Positions 39,301 to 56,101 of a DNA stretch of 64,000 nucleotides are shown here, in pieces. The notes under the pieces are model-generated. The model saw only the letters and a list, made by a program, of their open reading frames with translations, did not search any database and had not been told where the DNA came from. The position numbers and the translations under genes were made by a program. This DNA comes from Diadema antillarum (lineage: Eukaryota): positions 1,488,001-1,552,000 of the forward strand of contig NW_027270999.1 of the NCBI RefSeq assembly GCF_040938485.1, written 5' to 3'. Numbering within the stretch: position 1 is the first letter of the stretch; each line of letters begins with the position of its first letter.

Positions 39301-42300
39301 CCACCTCCTCAGCCTCCTAGGGTCCCATCTCCCGTGCCCACAGCTCCCGTCCCTCCAAAGGCCGCCCAGCCACCCACGATACCTGCCAGGGTGCCAGCCA
39401 GACCCGTTGCGGGCCAGGACCGGACAGAGCCCATCAAGGGCCTTCGCCGGGCCATGGTGAAGGCAATGATTCAGGCCAACGCCATCCCACACTTTGGCTA
39501 CAAGGACGAAGTGGATGTGACAGAGCTGGTGGCCCTCAAGGACCACTTCAAGTCAGCTGCAGCAGCAAGGGGAATCCAGTTCACCTTAACGCCAGTTTTT
39601 ATCAAGGTCTGTGCCCTCCCTTTTAGTCAGCTCATGTACCTTAAAGGTCCTGTTTACCACTGGGAGCAGTGATTTAAAAAGTGTTCAAGGTATCACTTTT
39701 GATGCATATGTGTAGGTCAGTTGTATCACAAAACATCCTACCTTATAGAATTTTTGCAATAAAGCCTAAAATAAAAGGAGATAGCACTATTTTCCTCATT
39801 AGACCATGATTGCAGACGGTTTCGTCTGGAAACATTTTTATTTCAACTATTGTTCACATTTTGTACATTTAACAATACTTAACATCGATTGTACTTGTTC
39901 AAATTTTTACATTGGTTGTTTCTAACCGTGACTCACATTTTATAACTATTTTGAAGCACTTAAGCTGTGTTTTTGTTTCATCTGCAAATGGTAAATCATG
40001 CCCTTAAAGTAGTTCAACTGTCATAGAGTGCTTTCCACTCCCATTATAACAAAGTCCTCGGGACCGAACATTTTCTTCTCTTGTATTAAAATTTCATTAT
40101 AGGGGAGCAGTAATGTATATAAAGATATGTAGATAATTTCAGGACCTAAATTTTCACTTTGCTGTAATGAGAATTTTGTTGTCACTGTGTTGGTTATAAC
40201 AGGAGTGCACTGTAGTATATTGCATCCCTGGTTAGTGGAAGTGGCTCATATTCTTCAAGGCAATATGATTGTTTTAAATAGTGTATTGCATCTCTGGTAA
40301 TAGTGAAACTTGATCATACTCCTCAAAACAGAGAGATGATTATAGAATAGTTTATACAACACCTCAGAATGATGTCGAATTGTGATTGGCCAAGAACATG
40401 TCACATGACATTCAATAGAAAATACCTATCAAACTCATTGAGAGTGACAGCCATACAATAGGCCCCTGGCATGGGCCTATAGCACGGCTCGAAGGTACTA
40501 TAGCACGGCTTCGCGGGGGGCTACTAATGCATGGCCGCTCACAGAGTTCTGTGGCTCACACCCGTAGCAAAGCGCCAGCAAACTACATTGTACAGTGTAC
40601 GTGCTGGCCGGCTGCGCTGCGCTGCCGGTAAGTCTCACAGACCAGGCGCGGCGGAGTACGAGTACTGCAACGTTAACGTGTACGCGCAGTTACTTTACCT
40701 AGCTAGTTGCATGTATCGCGGCCTTTACACCTACTGCTGTGTTTTTACTTTTGACTCTGATCTGCTACGTGGACCACAGTGATCCCAATATTAAGACTTC
40801 ATTTCAAGTTGATCGAAACCGTAATTTGATTATTTTTCTGTGTTTTTATACAAAATCATTTTCGGAAATAGACAAAGTCTAGACCTACTACTAGATCTAC
40901 CGACATCTCAGATCGACCTAACAGTCAGGCCTAACTCGATCTAACGTTAGCGTAGAATGGGTATAGACCCTGCGGAGTTCGTGATTCCTGTGACTGTGTG
41001 GTCGAATCATGACGAGTGTTTGAAAGCAGTACACAGGGTGGTTTACAATTCTCTGCCTAATTGTTACATTTATTTTTGGGCCTTCCTGAGTTGGCGGTCA
41101 CTAATTTTGTATTGTGATTGTGGACAAGGTGTTGTATAAAACGAATAATTTATGATTTTGTTCGTGCATTGGGGCACGTAATACCGCACTCGGCGCGAGA
41201 TTCGCCACTGGTCTATTCAACGCGGCGCTACGCGCCTTGTTGAATAGACCAGTGGCTCATCTCGCGCCTCGTGCGATATTCGTGCCCTATGCACTCACAA
41301 CTCATAAATTATTCGTATAATATTGCACCTCTGGTTTAAAATAGTTGATTTAACGTTAAAAAGGTTGAGATTGTCATAAACTTGTATACTGCATCTCTTA
41401 CCTGTTTAGATGAACCATTCACCTTGAGACAGTAATGTTTGTTTGTTTGGGTTTTTTTTTTTGTATTTCCAATTGTTTTTGTTTATTCTATTTTTTCTCT
41501 CTGTACTTCAGGCAGCTTCCATGGCTCTTACTTTCTTCCCAGAACTGAACTGCAGTGTGGATGAGGCCTGTGAAAATATGACATACAAGGTACATAGTAC
41601 AAGATACAGTGTTGCAGTGTATGGATCTCTGAAATTCTCTTCACACTCGTGTTGTAGGTATGGTATTTGTATCAATTTGTGTGAGGACACAAGTCAACAA
41701 GAAGAATACATTCACTCGAAAAATTGAAATTTTCCAATCTTTTAAAAGTGGAGAAAAAAAAGTGTACCTCGGATGAAAGCAATGAGTTTTATCAATGTAA
41801 TGAACATAATGAAACTAGAGTTACAAATGCAAGTACACTGTATGAGTAATGTAGTTATAAGAAAATTAGTTGCAACTAGAGAGGGGCCGTCAAAGGCGGC
41901 AGACCCACGCCTAAGTACAAAGTCGGGGTAAACATAATGTGCATTCGGTCATCTACCAGAATTCGGCCACTTAATTGCCAGTGTGCTTTATCACCAGCCA
42001 GTGAGTTCTACCAAAGATCGTACACTGAAGTGTACGATCTTTGGTTCTACAGTCACATCACACGCAAATCACATAATTACACATACGGTATTAACACTCA
42101 TTCACGTACAGGAAAGTCCTTAAGTCTCCTCCAAAAATCCATCGAAAATCCCAAATTCCACCGTCAAAAGTGCAGAATCGGAACTTTTCCAAGCGCGCGC
42201 GAATTAAGTCCAGTTTTAAGAGTATTGTCTACGCGACGGGTCGCGGAAAAAGCGCTAAAAATCGAGAAATACGCCGTTTTCTTGCGGGATATTTTGATTA

Positions 42301-44990
42301 TAGCAAGCCGAGAGTGTGATGATATCAAAGGTCGTATGAGTGTACGATCTTTGATGGTATCCACAAAAGCAAAAAAGAAAAACAAAATTTACGTACCCCC
42401 TAGGCAATTACCCCTATGATTAGTGTCTACGGGAATTATTCAATGCAAGGGTTGAATGCAAATGTCTACTGCACCAGTATTCGGCCACCAACGAGCGCCG
42501 CAACGTCCCCGGTGCAATTTTGCACCAACAGTGTAGAGCGCGATGCATTTTCAGCGGCCTTGCACACGCATTGACATTGAGCACGCATATCGTGCAGTGT
42601 GACTGCGACCGAGCAAAATGCTCCTCCAACGAAAAAAACAATCAATGTTAATTTGAAAAATCATCAAATGTCAAAGGTCGTATGAGTGTACGATCTTTGA
42701 TGGTATCCACAAAAGCAAAAAAGAAAAACAAAATTTACGTACCCCCTAGGCAATTACCCCTATGATTAGTGTCTACGAGAATTATTCAATGCAAGGGTTG
42801 AATGCAAATGTCTACTGCACCAGTATTCGGCCACCAACGAGCGCCGCAACGTCCCCGGTGCAATTTTGCACCAACAGTGTAGAGCGCGATGCATTTTCAG
42901 CGGCCTTGCACACGCATTGACATTGAGCACGCATATCGTGCAGTGTGACTGCGACCGAGCAAAATGCTCCTCCAACGAAAAAAACAATCAATGTTAATTT
43001 GAAAAATCATCAAAATACGGGCCAGTTTGTGATGACGGAGAACGAACTTTCATAAATCTAGAAGGACATAGTCCCTCAAATAGGCCTAAACGTAAATTTC
43101 GGAATTCTTACGAACATTTGAGCAGCGAAGTCGGATCGTTGGGGAGTTTATGTCTTCGTATGGTAGCGGAAAATCGCAAAGTGAGAAACGGGAAATTTTC
43201 GGAATGGTCACTATACCATGGGGTCAAAACTTCAAGGTCACACAGAATTTGCAAGGGTCAACCGATTATCACCAAAATCTAATCGATTCTTTCCTGTCAT
43301 TATCCAAACATTCCCTGAACATTTCGTGCAAATCCGTTTACCCGTTCTCTTGTTATCTTGTACACAAACAAACAAACAAACAAACAAACAAACAAAAAAA
43401 CAAAAAAAAACAAACAAACAAACATACAAACAAACATACGGAACCCTTTACATAACCCCCTGCCGATTTTCATCGGCGTGGGTAATTAAATGACTGCCGT
43501 ATGACTGCTATTGGAGCACCCTACATGATCCTTAGAGGGAATGAAAACATGTTTTCGAGTATTTTTTTCTGTTTTTTCTTCTTTGAAAGGATCTTCTCTT
43601 GCAAGTTTGATAACAGGAATTTACTCTTGATGCAATCTTGGCAACATTCCTTCTCATATTTTGTTACCATGTATCGCATGGAATTTCAAATAAAATGAGG
43701 ATTTACGTCATTTATAATTTCACAAAATTTAATATACTCTCTACTGGTGTACTGAGGCAATAATCTTGCAGGTTGCTTGGCTGGCTTTATTCAACAGATA
43801 ACCATCTTGACATACTCCTGAACCTTGTTTCAGAATCAAAATCTACCATGAATCAACTCAATACACTAAAAGTGGTTTAGTTTCAAATGTCCGTTGTTCT
43901 TTTCCCCCTTGCATATTCCAGGCAGCACACAATATAGGCTTCGCCATGGATTCCCCACAGGGCCTGATTGTGCCCAACGTGAAGAACGTACAGGCCCTCA
44001 GTCTGTTTGAGGTGGCCCAGGAGATGAATAGACTCATGGCCCTAGGAGTGGAGGGCAAGCTGGGACCAGATGACCTCTTAGGGGGAACTTTCACCCTTTC
44101 CAACATAGGCGTGGTCAGTTATTGTTATCTTATATGTGTTGATCAGGCATGTGTGTGTGTGTGTGCGCGCGTGTGTGTCACCAAAACTTGTAATCCCGCC
44201 AAGCCCATGTTCAAATTTTTCATGATGTTTGATGTAGCAAACAATTGCATTATGTTAAAAAGCAGGGCCTATATCTTTCTGGTTTGAATCTGTCATCCAC
44301 ATGAAATATGTCTACCTTATAAACGTTGCATTTTGCTCTACAATGACAATAGTGTGCTCCTTTTTCTTTCTTGCAGATTGGAGGTACCTATGCAGATCCT
44401 GTTATCTTTCCTCCCCAAGTAGCAATAGGAGCTATCGGCAGAGTTCAGGTAAATCTACCAGTAGAAGCAAATACACAGAAAAAAACATTAAACAAAAAAC
44501 ATACAAGAAAAAAAGGACATATCATTTGGGATTGACGCCATGAAAGTTTGAGAGGTCGTTGCGAAGTATACGATAGACATCCATTATGTGAACAGTGCTA
44601 GAGACACATGCAGAAATGTAACTAGTGACATCTCCAAATGTAATTTTCTAGTTTATACTTCATTCGATAAGTATTTGTGTTTTAGATGTGAATATGTTGC
44701 GTTTTTTTGGTGGTTGTTACTTTTTTTAAACTGGGCTCACAAATGGGGAATTCGTTATGAATTCTTAAAGTCTTTTCTTCTTTTTAATCTCTTTTTCATT
44801 ATGCTCTTTTTTTTTCTTGCAGACACTACCAAGGTTTGATGCTGATGGTGACCTGATCAAGGCCAACATCATGGCGGTCAGTTGGTCTGCTGACCACAGG
44901 GTCATCGACGGGGCCACCATGGCTCGCTTCTCCAACCTCTGGAAATCTTACCTTGAACAGCCTGCCACCATGCTCATGGACATGAAATAA
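27303..44990 (+). CDS. DBT: Dihydrolipoamide branched-chain transacylase E2 (BCKDH E2), mitochondrial precursor, 534 aa, 11 exons
   Basis: Exons 27303-27374, 30915-31086, 31883-31958, 32530-32705, 34046-34209, 35708-35816, 39281-39606, 41512-41589, 43922-44113, 44377-44448, 44823-44990 join in frame (1605 nt), all GT-AG. Lipoyl domain [10 protein letters not shown]...EVQSDKA, subunit-binding domain TPAVKRLA...[13 protein letters not shown], catalytic [10 protein letters not shown] and ADHRVIDGA. Exon 1 and 2 (transit peptide) are less certain than the rest. Confidence 0.95.
27699..28156. mobile_element. MITE with GGCA.A.TC.TGAAATAGGCCCCAC TIR and internal TTAGGG-like repeats
   Basis: TIRs 27699-27723 and 28132-28156; GGTTAGGTTTAGGGTTAGG at 27758-27776; repeated GGGGCT...TTCACGAGT units. 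Confidence 0.6.
28602..28849. mobile_element. MITE family with TACTGT...ACAGTA ends and TTCGCGA-rich interior
   Basis: Termini and internal AATTT(T)CGCG repeats; relatives at ~9477-9693, ~14704-14903, ~19604-19820 and ~50532-50740. Confidence 0.6.
28874..29081. mobile_element. Short element with ACCTCCGCC(A)AAGGAAGG inverted ends and (CAAA/CAGA)n tract (HINE-like)
   Basis: ACCTCCGCCAAGGAAGG ... CCTTCCTTTGGGCGGAGGT. Confidence 0.55.
29266..30241 (+). mobile_element. Full-length HINE family B with internal ~157-bp tandem array
   Basis: SubTIRs TGTCCCCGCCG (29272-29282) and CGGCGGGGACA (30205-30215), microsatellite, five ~148-158-bp units, 3' stem-loop ATTACGC-ACC-GCGTAAT, T-rich flanks. Confidence 0.85.
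31268..31400 (+). mobile_element. tRNA-derived SINE remnant
   Basis: A-box TGGCCCAGTGG (31275-31285), B-box GGTTCAAGTTC (31319-31329), then a GTTGTGTC(C)TT.G..AAGG.CA.TT core-like motif typical of invertebrate SINE2. Confidence 0.65.
34307..34762. mobile_element. 7-bp-TSD MITE (P-like), long copy
   Basis: TSD TATATAC at both flanks; TIR CAGGACTCCACACTAA / TTAGTGTCGAGCCCTG. Confidence 0.78.
36611..38632. mobile_element. Two adjacent TGTGACC-TIR elements, the first interrupted by a Kolobok-like MITE (37226-37584)
   Basis: TIRs at 36611/37855 and 37942/38632; nested TTAA-flanked insert. Confidence 0.75.
40352..41320. mobile_element. TIR + terminal long-hairpin element, second family member
   Basis: TTATACAACACCT (40352-40364) / AGGTGTTGTATAA (41127-41139), then hairpin 41142-41315 centred on CTATTCAACGCGGCGCTACGCGCCTTGTTGAATAG. 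Confidence 0.65.
41876..43488 (-). mobile_element. HINE-like element, family D, with internal 346-bp tandem duplication
   Basis: SubTIRs ACCCACGCC (41903-41911) and GGCGTGGGT (43475-43483), 5' hairpin GCCGATGAAAATCGGC, (TTTG)n tract, 3' stem-loop GCCG-N7-CGGC; duplication 42325-42668 / 42671-43014. Confidence 0.75.
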
Positions 44991-47900
44991 TAGTGTGGCC
45001 AATAAAGAAGGGGATAGTCAAACAGTGCTGCGAGACTCGACAACTACCTGCTATTGTTCATCCAGTCGTCATATTCTGTCATCCTCACTCGGTGATGGGA
45101 GTTCCCCTATTGTATCTTTGGACATAGGAGGGCAGTCTTCACCGTCGCTAGGCAGATGTGTCTGTGATACAAGGTGGCATGTTCGGGATCTGTAGGGTAC
45201 TTTTTGTTGAGGATATTCCCTGCTCAGAATGGTAGCCCTCTTGTTATGCACCCCCCCCCCCCCCCCCCCCCACTGCCTTTGTTGTTTCAGTTGGAAATAA
45301 CATTCATCATCAGCAGTGGAAACCAGTGTTCATCATCAGCTACAAAGGCAGGCACCAAATCAAAGTTCAAACTATCTCCAGGTCAAGCAGTAATGAAGGA
45401 AGTGTGATTTCATTTCATTAATATTTTGCTACATTCACTTCGCTGTAATTTTCTTTGAATAATTACGATCTCTTCAGTCTCCTCAAAGTAAAATCATCAT
45501 TCTGATTTCCTGATTTGCCCTGCTGAATGTTTGATTGTCCACCATGTAAAGATACCTTGTGGGCTTTACAACATATAAGCTATCCTGTCAGTTTTTTGTT
45601 TTGTAATGGCTATAGATTGATTGATGTATCGTATCCACCCAGTGGGATTGTATTTCCAGCTGCAGTGAAGCTCTAATCAAGGAATTCTACACAGACAAGG
45701 GCTTCTACATTTCATGGTGAATGTTAAAACAGTTTTCATCTCTTATGGTGTTTAGATGATGAAAATTTTTAGGACTAGTTTGGGCTGCAACTGGTCGTCT
45801 CAGCTATATGCTGAAGTATAATGTTTGTCCATGTAGGGAGTGCATCTGGGAAAGTAGTCTTCATTCTGATCGAGTGATGCAGACATAATGGTGCGTGGTA
45901 TGTCACTTTGAGGGACTTTGCATTTGTTTTTTGTTCTGTTTGCGTTTTGTTAGGGGGTGTCAGAAAATAATCTTGGCTGTGGTCTATAAGTGCTTTACAT
46001 AGATGGAATTTTTGTTTGTTTGTTTGGCTTTGCTTTTCTAAGTGATGTGATGCAAGTTGAATGCTTAAATCAAAGAATATCCACTGAATTATTTGTAAAG
46101 AATTGAATAAATTGCTTAAAAAGCTAACAGTTTGTATACAAAGACAGTGGCATTGCACTGAAAGAGATTACAGAGGTCGAAACAAAGGAATAGTCCTTGA
46201 AACCATTGTGAACTATGTGTTAGAGGAACATTTACCAAACATATATAATGCAATGTATGTGGAACTAAGTCTTGGAAGATTATAGATGGAATGGATAATC
46301 AATAAACTATTGTAAATTTAATTACCAGAAATGGTGGCTGCAAGCAGTGCAAAGTAATTTGCTCTCTTTATGTGGATAACTGAAAACAATTTTCTGTTGT
46401 GTCCCCATATGATTATAGTACATTTCTTTACAATGTGACACCAAAATGGTGTGCAATAAATGCTCCGACATGTAGTGTGACTGCCATGCAGTGTTTGACA
46501 GATGTTCTGGAACAGCAATAAGAAATCAAATGATTTTACATTATTCAAAAGGCGATTCAATATATTTACAATGTAACAAGACATGATTGCAGTTTGTTTT
46601 TTTCTGTTTTGATGGTTGATTTTTTACAAATGTATGTGGTAAATTAATATAATTATTATGAGTCCAAAATTGATTGAGATACATTTTTATACTGAAGCCC
46701 TATAACTGGACCAGAATCATTCATCTCTGTTATGATACTTAGTATCACTGACTTCTAGCAGAATACATGTATCTCTAAACCAGCAAAGTCACAGTGCAAT
46801 TTAAAGACGGAATACCAAATTTCTGTTTCTGTCTCTGAAAGGTGAATAAAATTATTTGACTGTGTGATTGTCATGCCTCAGTCTTGTTCCAAACTATGTC
46901 ATACAGAAGTACACTGTATATGCCTGTGCAGCTCATGATATATTCAAGTCTAGAGCAAAAACAATGCTGCGATGAACCATGTTTACTGTGCATAGAATAC
47001 ACTGTAGAGCCATTCTTGCTCTGAGGGACCTGTGGAACCCATTTTTTATTTCATTTCTTTTTTGAACAGCCAAAAGTTATTAAAAATGTATTAAATCCTT
47101 CTGTGTGCAAATTAAGTACTATTGTCCACTTTACTACTACTCCTTGGTTTAAACTAACTTTTTTTTGAGGGGGGGGGGGATTGGGACAAAACATTTAACT
47201 TTGTGCAATTACCATGTGAAAATTCAATAGAATCTCTCCATATTAAATCTGCAGATGAATCTGTGTTGTGCATGTACAGCAAATCTTCAGAAAATATGAC
47301 AGAGTTGGCAAGTTCTGTAAGATTGTGCTGTTTTATGCTGTGTATTACTTCTCCTCCATATTGTATGATCCAACTTCGTTACATTTTTGAGGACCATTTG
47401 AGCATTATATTTGTTTCCCCTCTATCTATTATATCTTATATGATGTTATGATTTCAGACAATAATCAAGGACTGGTGCGTAATCAATGTGCCTAAGTTTT
47501 TCCAGGATCTCCCGAGTAGTTTGTATAGGTTTAGATGCTGACTTCACCTTTAGTTTGTCATTAGTAAATGTCTGGTGTGTAATCATGACCTGAAACATCT
47601 AAGGTAGTGATACTCACTTTAAAAGTCTTTTCAACATCTGTTAGTTTAGACTCAAGATTATTGTCGTTATGGTTGTTATAATCATCATTATTTTTTTGAA
47701 TTTGTATAGCAGCTTCAACATTGCAGCTGAAACCACCAAATGGAAATTTGAGCCCTATTTCTCACAGGAAATACAATCTTAAGACACACTCCTTAGGTGG
47801 GTTTAAATAGAGACAGTTGATAAGAATCGAGTGTGACCACATGTGAACGTGTATGGCAGTCACCTTTAGATATAACACTTTTCATATGAATGGAAACTAT

Positions 47901-50900
47901 AATGTACTCTCCAGTGTTGATGTACATGTGTATATGATGATGTTCCTCTATCGCTGTGTCAGCTGTTGTCCAAGAAACTTCCATCTTATTTATCCAGTGA
48001 AAATCATACAAGTTAAAAAGTACACATGGTACATTGGCCCTACTACAGAGCACTTCCATTACAACGAACACGGTTGTAACAAAATTTCATTTCAACTAAG
48101 TAAAAATCCAGGTCCCAAAATTACTATAATTCAAAATTGAAATATTTCCTTTGGTGATAATGAAGTTTCGGTATGATAAAAGAAAACTGCCTGTCCCATA
48201 AACTTTGTTATAAAGGGAGTCATCTTTAATTATTTTTGAGATGTAAAATTGGACTTGATAGCTTGTGGTGGTAAAATTCTGTGTTTCAAAATGGTGTGCT
48301 ATGTGTTTGCAATAATAGTTGATATTTTTTTTATCAATAATAGTAGATATTTTTAGAGCGCCTTTTCCACTGGATACAAAGCACTATGAGATGTCATCCC
48401 TGGTCGCCATAGGAGATGAAATATATACAAATTACCAGGCAGTGACGGTACAAGTCCAGTGCATGTATCGGGATATCAATGGGATAGTGTTTAAAGTTGG
48501 TGAACACTCACACATAATTATTGGCATTGAGCGACAAAATGGTAAAAATGTGTGAATAATGATTTAAATCTTATCAGTATTTCTTACACCACTTAGAGCA
48601 AGTAGAACTGTTGCATTTTTTTTTCTTCCCTTGGCTATTTTTGGCAAGTTAACGGTACAATTGTATTCATGTTGGAAAATTTGTTACTTTGATGCATCGC
48701 ATACTTGTTGTCAGTTTTTTGTATAGACTGTGCTACCAGAGGTAACTACACAATATGAGTTGCTGAATGGGTTCATTTTGTGTCTTGCAACTGCGCTGTT
48801 GATGTACGATGTATTTGAAATGGATATTCCGTGAAGACGAAATGGCAGTCATGCATACAATCATGTGAACCTCATGCTTAATATGTATATTGGTGTCAGT
48901 ATCTTTTCCCCTTTTGAGTTTTGCCAGAAAATGAGAATACCGACACTTGGTTTGAAAAGAGTCTGATTACAAAATTGATATATTTTTTAGTTTTGTCTTT
49001 AGTATCCTCTGAATAAAGTATGGAATATGGTGGATATGAAGATGTTCTCCTACTTGTGCATATATATAAATGTGTATGTGTGTGTATGTGTGCACTTTCA
49101 TTCAGCCGAAAGGTGTTCAAGAGCATTGCAGTACATTGTAATGTATTAAATGTTTCTTTATATATGTGACCACCCACCCAGCTCAAAACCCACAAAATGT
49201 CGCAGATTAGGATTCTCTGTAATGGACCAAAATATAGTTGTTTGTCATTTGTGTTGACCAACTAAAATTTTGAAAGTTTGTCTCAGCTGGGAGAGTCTTT
49301 TTTCTATCTACTGTCAAAATTTGGTGGCTTGAAATAAAACTGAAATCAACATATTAGGATTTTTTCTGGACCATATTTTTGGGGGACAGGCTGAGCTTCA
49401 TTTCAATTGATATATGTAGGAGCCTACATGCACAGCATGCTTGAATAACTATGATCTTTAAATCCTCCTTCCTCCCTTTTTGTGATATTGCACCTGCTAC
49501 CTCTTCTTTTCTTTCTATCAATTTTTGAATTTGTTGCCTCCCTATTCATCCTTTTCCTTTAATGGTTGCCCCCTTGGTCCTAAGTATCATTACTGACCCT
49601 CCTCTGCCTTTTGTCTGTCCACCCTCCTGCTCTAATCCCCTCTCCCTTTACCTGTTGGGCTCCTTGCCCATGACCTCCTACCCTCTCCTTTTGTTTTCTT
49701 TGTTTTGTGTCCCTAGCCTTTCCTGACTGTTCCTGTTGTGTGAAGTCCTTATAGTGATTGCTTTCCCTGCCTGTTTGCCTGTTTGTCATTTTGCCATTGA
49801 CGAAGATTCTGCTAGGTTTTAAAGCTCAGGCCCCTTTTGACTCCAATTTTTGAATTGGTTAAGATGGTTCAATTTGAACAAGTTGTATATCATTTTAATC
49901 TTTTAATCTATAAAGTAGAAAAGAGGAAGTTCATTTTGGCCTACTTTTTGTAGGTTTTGAGCTGGACGGTCACCCCATGTGTGTATTCAATGCATTATAT
50001 TCGGATGAGGTAAGACACTTTACCAAGCTAGCCAACCATGGTTTGTGATTCTATTCAATGTTGTGAGAGCTCTTATTGTGGAATTACTCCTCTCAAAAGT
50101 ATGCATATAAAAATACATATACATCGTACATTAGTTCAGTGAAACTCACGTCAGAAACACACATTGGACCACTGAATTTGACATACGCAAACCTCCAAAA
50201 CACGCTGACTTACAAGTAATCACACAAGTTACAGGTACATATATTGAGTCCCAAGTACAAGTGTAGTTGCTAATGAACATGTGTTCCATAATATGATTGG
50301 AAATTGATAGCATATGTCAAAAAATTCTTGGAGTTTAATGATCCTTGGACTTTTTTTCCTTTACTTTTGGAAATATAATGTGAAAGGCAAATCACAACAA
50401 TGAAAAATAACCTGGTAATGCATTAGTGGACCTACATGTATGATCAGCTATATGGCAACTCTTTCCTGAAATCACACTTAAAATGAATTTGAAATGAATC
50501 ACTTCAACCATTAACTCTCTCCTGGTATATGTACTGTAAAAGTGAAAATTCTTGTGCCAGTTATTTATACCACTTGGTGAGGTAGATGAATTTTGCCTGT
50601 TTTTTTATTCCACAGAATCAAGACATAAAATAGTGTTACATATAACAAGCAAAAATTTGGTGCTTTTGTTTTTGTGCGAGTTACTCATTGCACGAAATGC
50701 ACGAAAATTTTCACACTGGAATTTGCTAAATAGTTTTACTTACAGGCAACATCTTGCTGAAGATGAAGTTGGCACTTTGAAAACATCAGAACTTTTTCAT
50801 TGCATTGACCTATGCTATTTATTGACTTCCTGTACATGTACAAATGTATGGCTTATAAGCAAAGTTTACTGTATTTCTTTTATTTTCCTCTTCCCTTCTC

Positions 50901-50985
50901 TTACGCTCTCTCTATCTCATTTTGATTTATTAGGCAATCATATATCATCTCCAATCCTTCATCTTTCATTTCCTTTCCATCTCAT

Positions 50986-51097
50986 TAGGTGTTTTCACAC
51001 CAGCCCGATGTTTCGAAATAGCGCGCTATTTTCTGACTTGGGAAATTAAAAAATATCTCGAGCTTGGATTTTTATCGGGCTGATGTGAAAACGCCTA
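50986..51097. mobile_element. ~110-bp MITE with GGTGTTTTCAC TIRs
   Basis: GGTGTTTTCACACCAGCCCGAT / ATCGGGCTGATGTGAAAACGCC with TA flanks. Confidence 0.6.
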
Positions 51098-52656
51098 TTG
51101 TCACTAGAAAATATGAGGAGTGTGAAATGCATGCTCCCAGTATGTACATTTATTCAGTGTTTTTATCCCACTTGTCCTTGGCAAAAGCAGGAGCTCTTGC
51201 AATTCACAATGTACACATACAAGTAACAGTGTATTAAAGGCAAAACATAGTTCTGGTATGCCTGCAAAATTGTCAAATTTCGCTCCAAAATGTACACGTA
51301 TGCCTAAGAAATGTGTGGAATAACGTTGTAATAACAAGATATTAGTTCGGTAACGATGAAAATGCGAAATATTAACAAAAAATGCTCAGAATTTACCCGA
51401 TCGGGGTCAGGCTAACTCGGACTCGGATACAACTTGGCCTCACTTTGATGGCGGGCCGAGTTGTCCCTCTGGATTGTACAGTGTTGTACTGTGGGATCGC
51501 TTCGCGTTGTGGCTGGTCGCAGTTATGGGTCGAGTTGTTACAACGCGCGCATCAAAGAACCTCTATGACGCGCCTACAAAATTAACGTGCGCCTATGTAT
51601 AGAACATGGCGATCACGAACTGTGTATAAATTGTCTGAAATAGAGCCGAGTTGTCCCTGAGACCGAGTTTACCTGGATCTTTCTGGGATAAAAGTCGGTA
51701 TACCAACTTTTATTTTTGATCTAAAAATACAAAAATGTCCTCAGAAAAAACTCATCGTCCCAGCAAATCGCGTCAGCCAGGTAAGTTTCTTGGTAGACTC
51801 TTTTGATATATTGCAAGCAAACATGAAATTATGCAAGACGGGTTCTCAGACCCTTACCAGAACTATGTTTTCACTTTAACAATTTTGGTCATGAGAAAAA
51901 GGAAACAGGCACTCTCTTGCATAAGAATATTGGAGTGATATTCTAAGATTGTGAACTTTCATTGCAACAACAGATTGACAAGCACTTGATATAGAGATGG
52001 GACATGGGGGCATTTCATCAAGCATTTCGTCAGATAATTTTCTCTGACAAACTCTTATAAGCTCCAGAAATCCTTGCATCTGACTGGCTGAGGGCAAATT
52101 TGTCTGAAAAAAAAAAAGATATTTGACAAAACGCTTGATGAAATCCCCCCCCCCCCCACTGAACTCTCAATGAACCAGAATGCTAAGATAACTTGGGCAT
52201 ATGTGCTCACACATTACACAAATTTTATCATTGTTTCCACTGTCCCTTTTCTCTGTTTGAAAGGACATTAAATCTCTACAAATAAATGAGTACCAGTACA
52301 TGTACAATTGTAATAAGATTATTTAGAAGCATTTACAAGGGACAGATGAACTCAAGGATCATTTCATGTACAAAGATTAACGGCTGAAATATTGCAACTT
52401 TATAAGAATGTACAGATTACGCAACATCTTGTAAAAATAATTTGTTGACTGACACTCTGCAAGTGTTGCCTGATTTCCAAAATAAAGTGAATGTAAGCCG
52501 GCAAAATAAAAAGAACAGGATAGACTATGACTTGGTGTAAACACAAACTGTCAATTTCTTAGCTGCACCTTGAACCTGAACTTGAGATTCAGTTGGTGAA
52601 ATGGGACCTCATCCGTAAGTAAAGTTTGATTCTGAAAAGTGCTACTTTGTAGTATG

Positions 52657-55962
<3,306 letters not shown>

Positions 55963-56101
55963 CTTTCTCTGATTTCAGCAAATTCCAGTTTTTGCAGTGC
56001 GTAGGCAGGGCTTTCCTCCTCGCTTCTTCTCGCGTGCGTTGAACGATCGATGATGTTGCGATTGTCATCGATTATACTTTGTGGTTGGATGAAGAATCGT
56101 G
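55963..56101. promoter_or_regulatory. Compact bidirectional promoter SREK1IP1 / thioredoxin-like gene
   Basis: 139 bp between divergent ATGs, CpG-rich; X-box-like GTTTCCATGGTGAT at 56147-56160 just inside the + gene. Confidence 0.55.

Noticed and set aside
42420-42987. Twin 73-aa ORFs as duplicated small genes
   Set aside because: By-product of the 346-bp duplication in a non-autonomous element; no coding signature.
49580-49789. Arg/Lys/Gly-rich minus-strand ORF
   Set aside because: Translation of a low-complexity pyrimidine-rich tract; no splice or homology support.
51737-51787. ATG...CAG|GTAAGT mini-exon on the + strand
   Set aside because: Lies in a repeat-like CpG-rich segment (CCGAGTTGTCC repeats); no downstream exon could be found.
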